Assembly (NCBI GenBank): GCA_963693365.1 | Contig: CAVNZM010000007.1 | Span: 10,413,962 to 10,477,961, forward strand | Direction: 5' to 3' | DNA length: 64,000 nucleotides | Source of the DNA: Amoebidium appalachense | Taxonomy: Eukaryota; Protista; Ichthyosporea | Shown: in pieces, positions 63,057-64,000 of the stretch | Numbering within the stretch: position 1 is the first letter of the stretch | Layout: each line of letters begins with the position of its first letter | Program-made: the position numbers and the translations under genes | Notes under the pieces: model-generated | Seen by the model: only the letters and a program-made list of their open reading frames with translations | The model's database searches: none | Told to the model about the DNA's origin: nothing

Positions 63057-63901
63057 TGTTGTAGTACTAAGTATCTACATGTTTAAGATCTTTTCAGTTT
63101 GTGTTGTGTTTCAGTTCATGTGCTTAGCCATGATAAATGTCACACTCCTACTATGTAAAGTGTAGCATCGATCTCCGATATGCTTGTATACTTGTAATCG
63201 TGTTGTATCGGCTTTAATCGTGTGTTGCAATATCGATTAGAATATGAAAATGTGTGTACACGGATCCACCCACTCAGGGAAGGACGTGTACATGTTCGTG
63301 TGTACATAAATATCTTTAGTTATAGTTATAAGTTATTACTATCTTGTTTGTTGATCTGTGCTCTTTTCTCCTTTCTCTTTCTCCTTCTTTATTTTCTTTT
63401 CTTTCTCTCCTTGTTTTCATGTGTATAATCGTATTTCTTTTCTACTCATATATGTTAGGTAGATTTGTGTTACTTAATATGTGTTGATTGGACGGTAACA
63501 CACTTAGGCTACACTTGGGTTGACATCATCAGTGTGTGATTAGACTTCATTAATTTACTTTAGTTTTCATGTGTTGCCGTGCTTTAACCAATCATCAAGG
63601 TTAAGTGTGGTATGTCTGAGTCTTTGCATAGTGTCACAGGTTAGAACCTCGATAATGACGCAAGTTGATCTTCGCTAGTGTCTGTGCCCTATCCTGTACA
63701 TATCCGCGTACCGGATCTCTCTGAAAGCAATTAGTTCTTAGTGATTGGTTTCTTTTAGAGACAGATCTGATTTCCGACTGGTCGGAAATCATGGATAGGT
63801 TTGACTTAAGGGATTACGAGTATATATACGAGATCGGAATAAATTTAGTTCAGTCGTGTCTAAACATTGATGTCTGTTGTGTACCAGTACTGCTCCGATC
63901 G

Positions 63902-63939
<38 letters not shown>

Positions 63940-64000
63940 AAGAAAAACAACTTTCTTTCATTCCTTTCTTTCTTTCTAAGGTTATGTCGGGCCATTCCTC
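63057..64000. mobile_element. Possible second LTR-like element running off the window
   Basis: Abrupt start TGTTG interrupting the duplicated LTR fragment; AT-rich composition like the solo LTR. The other end is not visible. Confidence 0.35.

Overview
Eukaryotic nuclear DNA, very rich in introns and microsatellites: (CA/GT)n, (CT/GA)n and long C/G homopolymers. Gene content suggests an amorphean protist, possibly a unicellular holozoan (inference only). Almost all ORFs in the supplied track are microsatellite artefacts. Seven genes can be rebuilt by hand from GT-AG signals with consistent frames: the 3' end of a dynamin-family GTPase, NCBP3, an intronless DUF1764 protein, an orphan tail-anchored protein, GLRX3/PICOT, an FLVCR-family MFS transporter and a 26/29-kDa-type papain-family protease. 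The main non-genic signal is a dispersed retroelement family (about 11 copies or fragments in 64 kb) whose 3' end always abuts a poly-C run. It shows 5' truncation, one partial-tandem copy and a possible Penelope-like RT thumb remnant. It carries a structured RNA with compensatory changes between subfamilies, containing all three hammerhead ribozyme core segments (UH, GAAA, CUGANGA) in a non-canonical order. The window ends in a repeat cluster with a 918-bp solo LTR (TTAAC target duplication, empty site visible nearby) and a duplicated block whose middle is inverted. Exon coordinates are hand-derived and may be off by a few bases.
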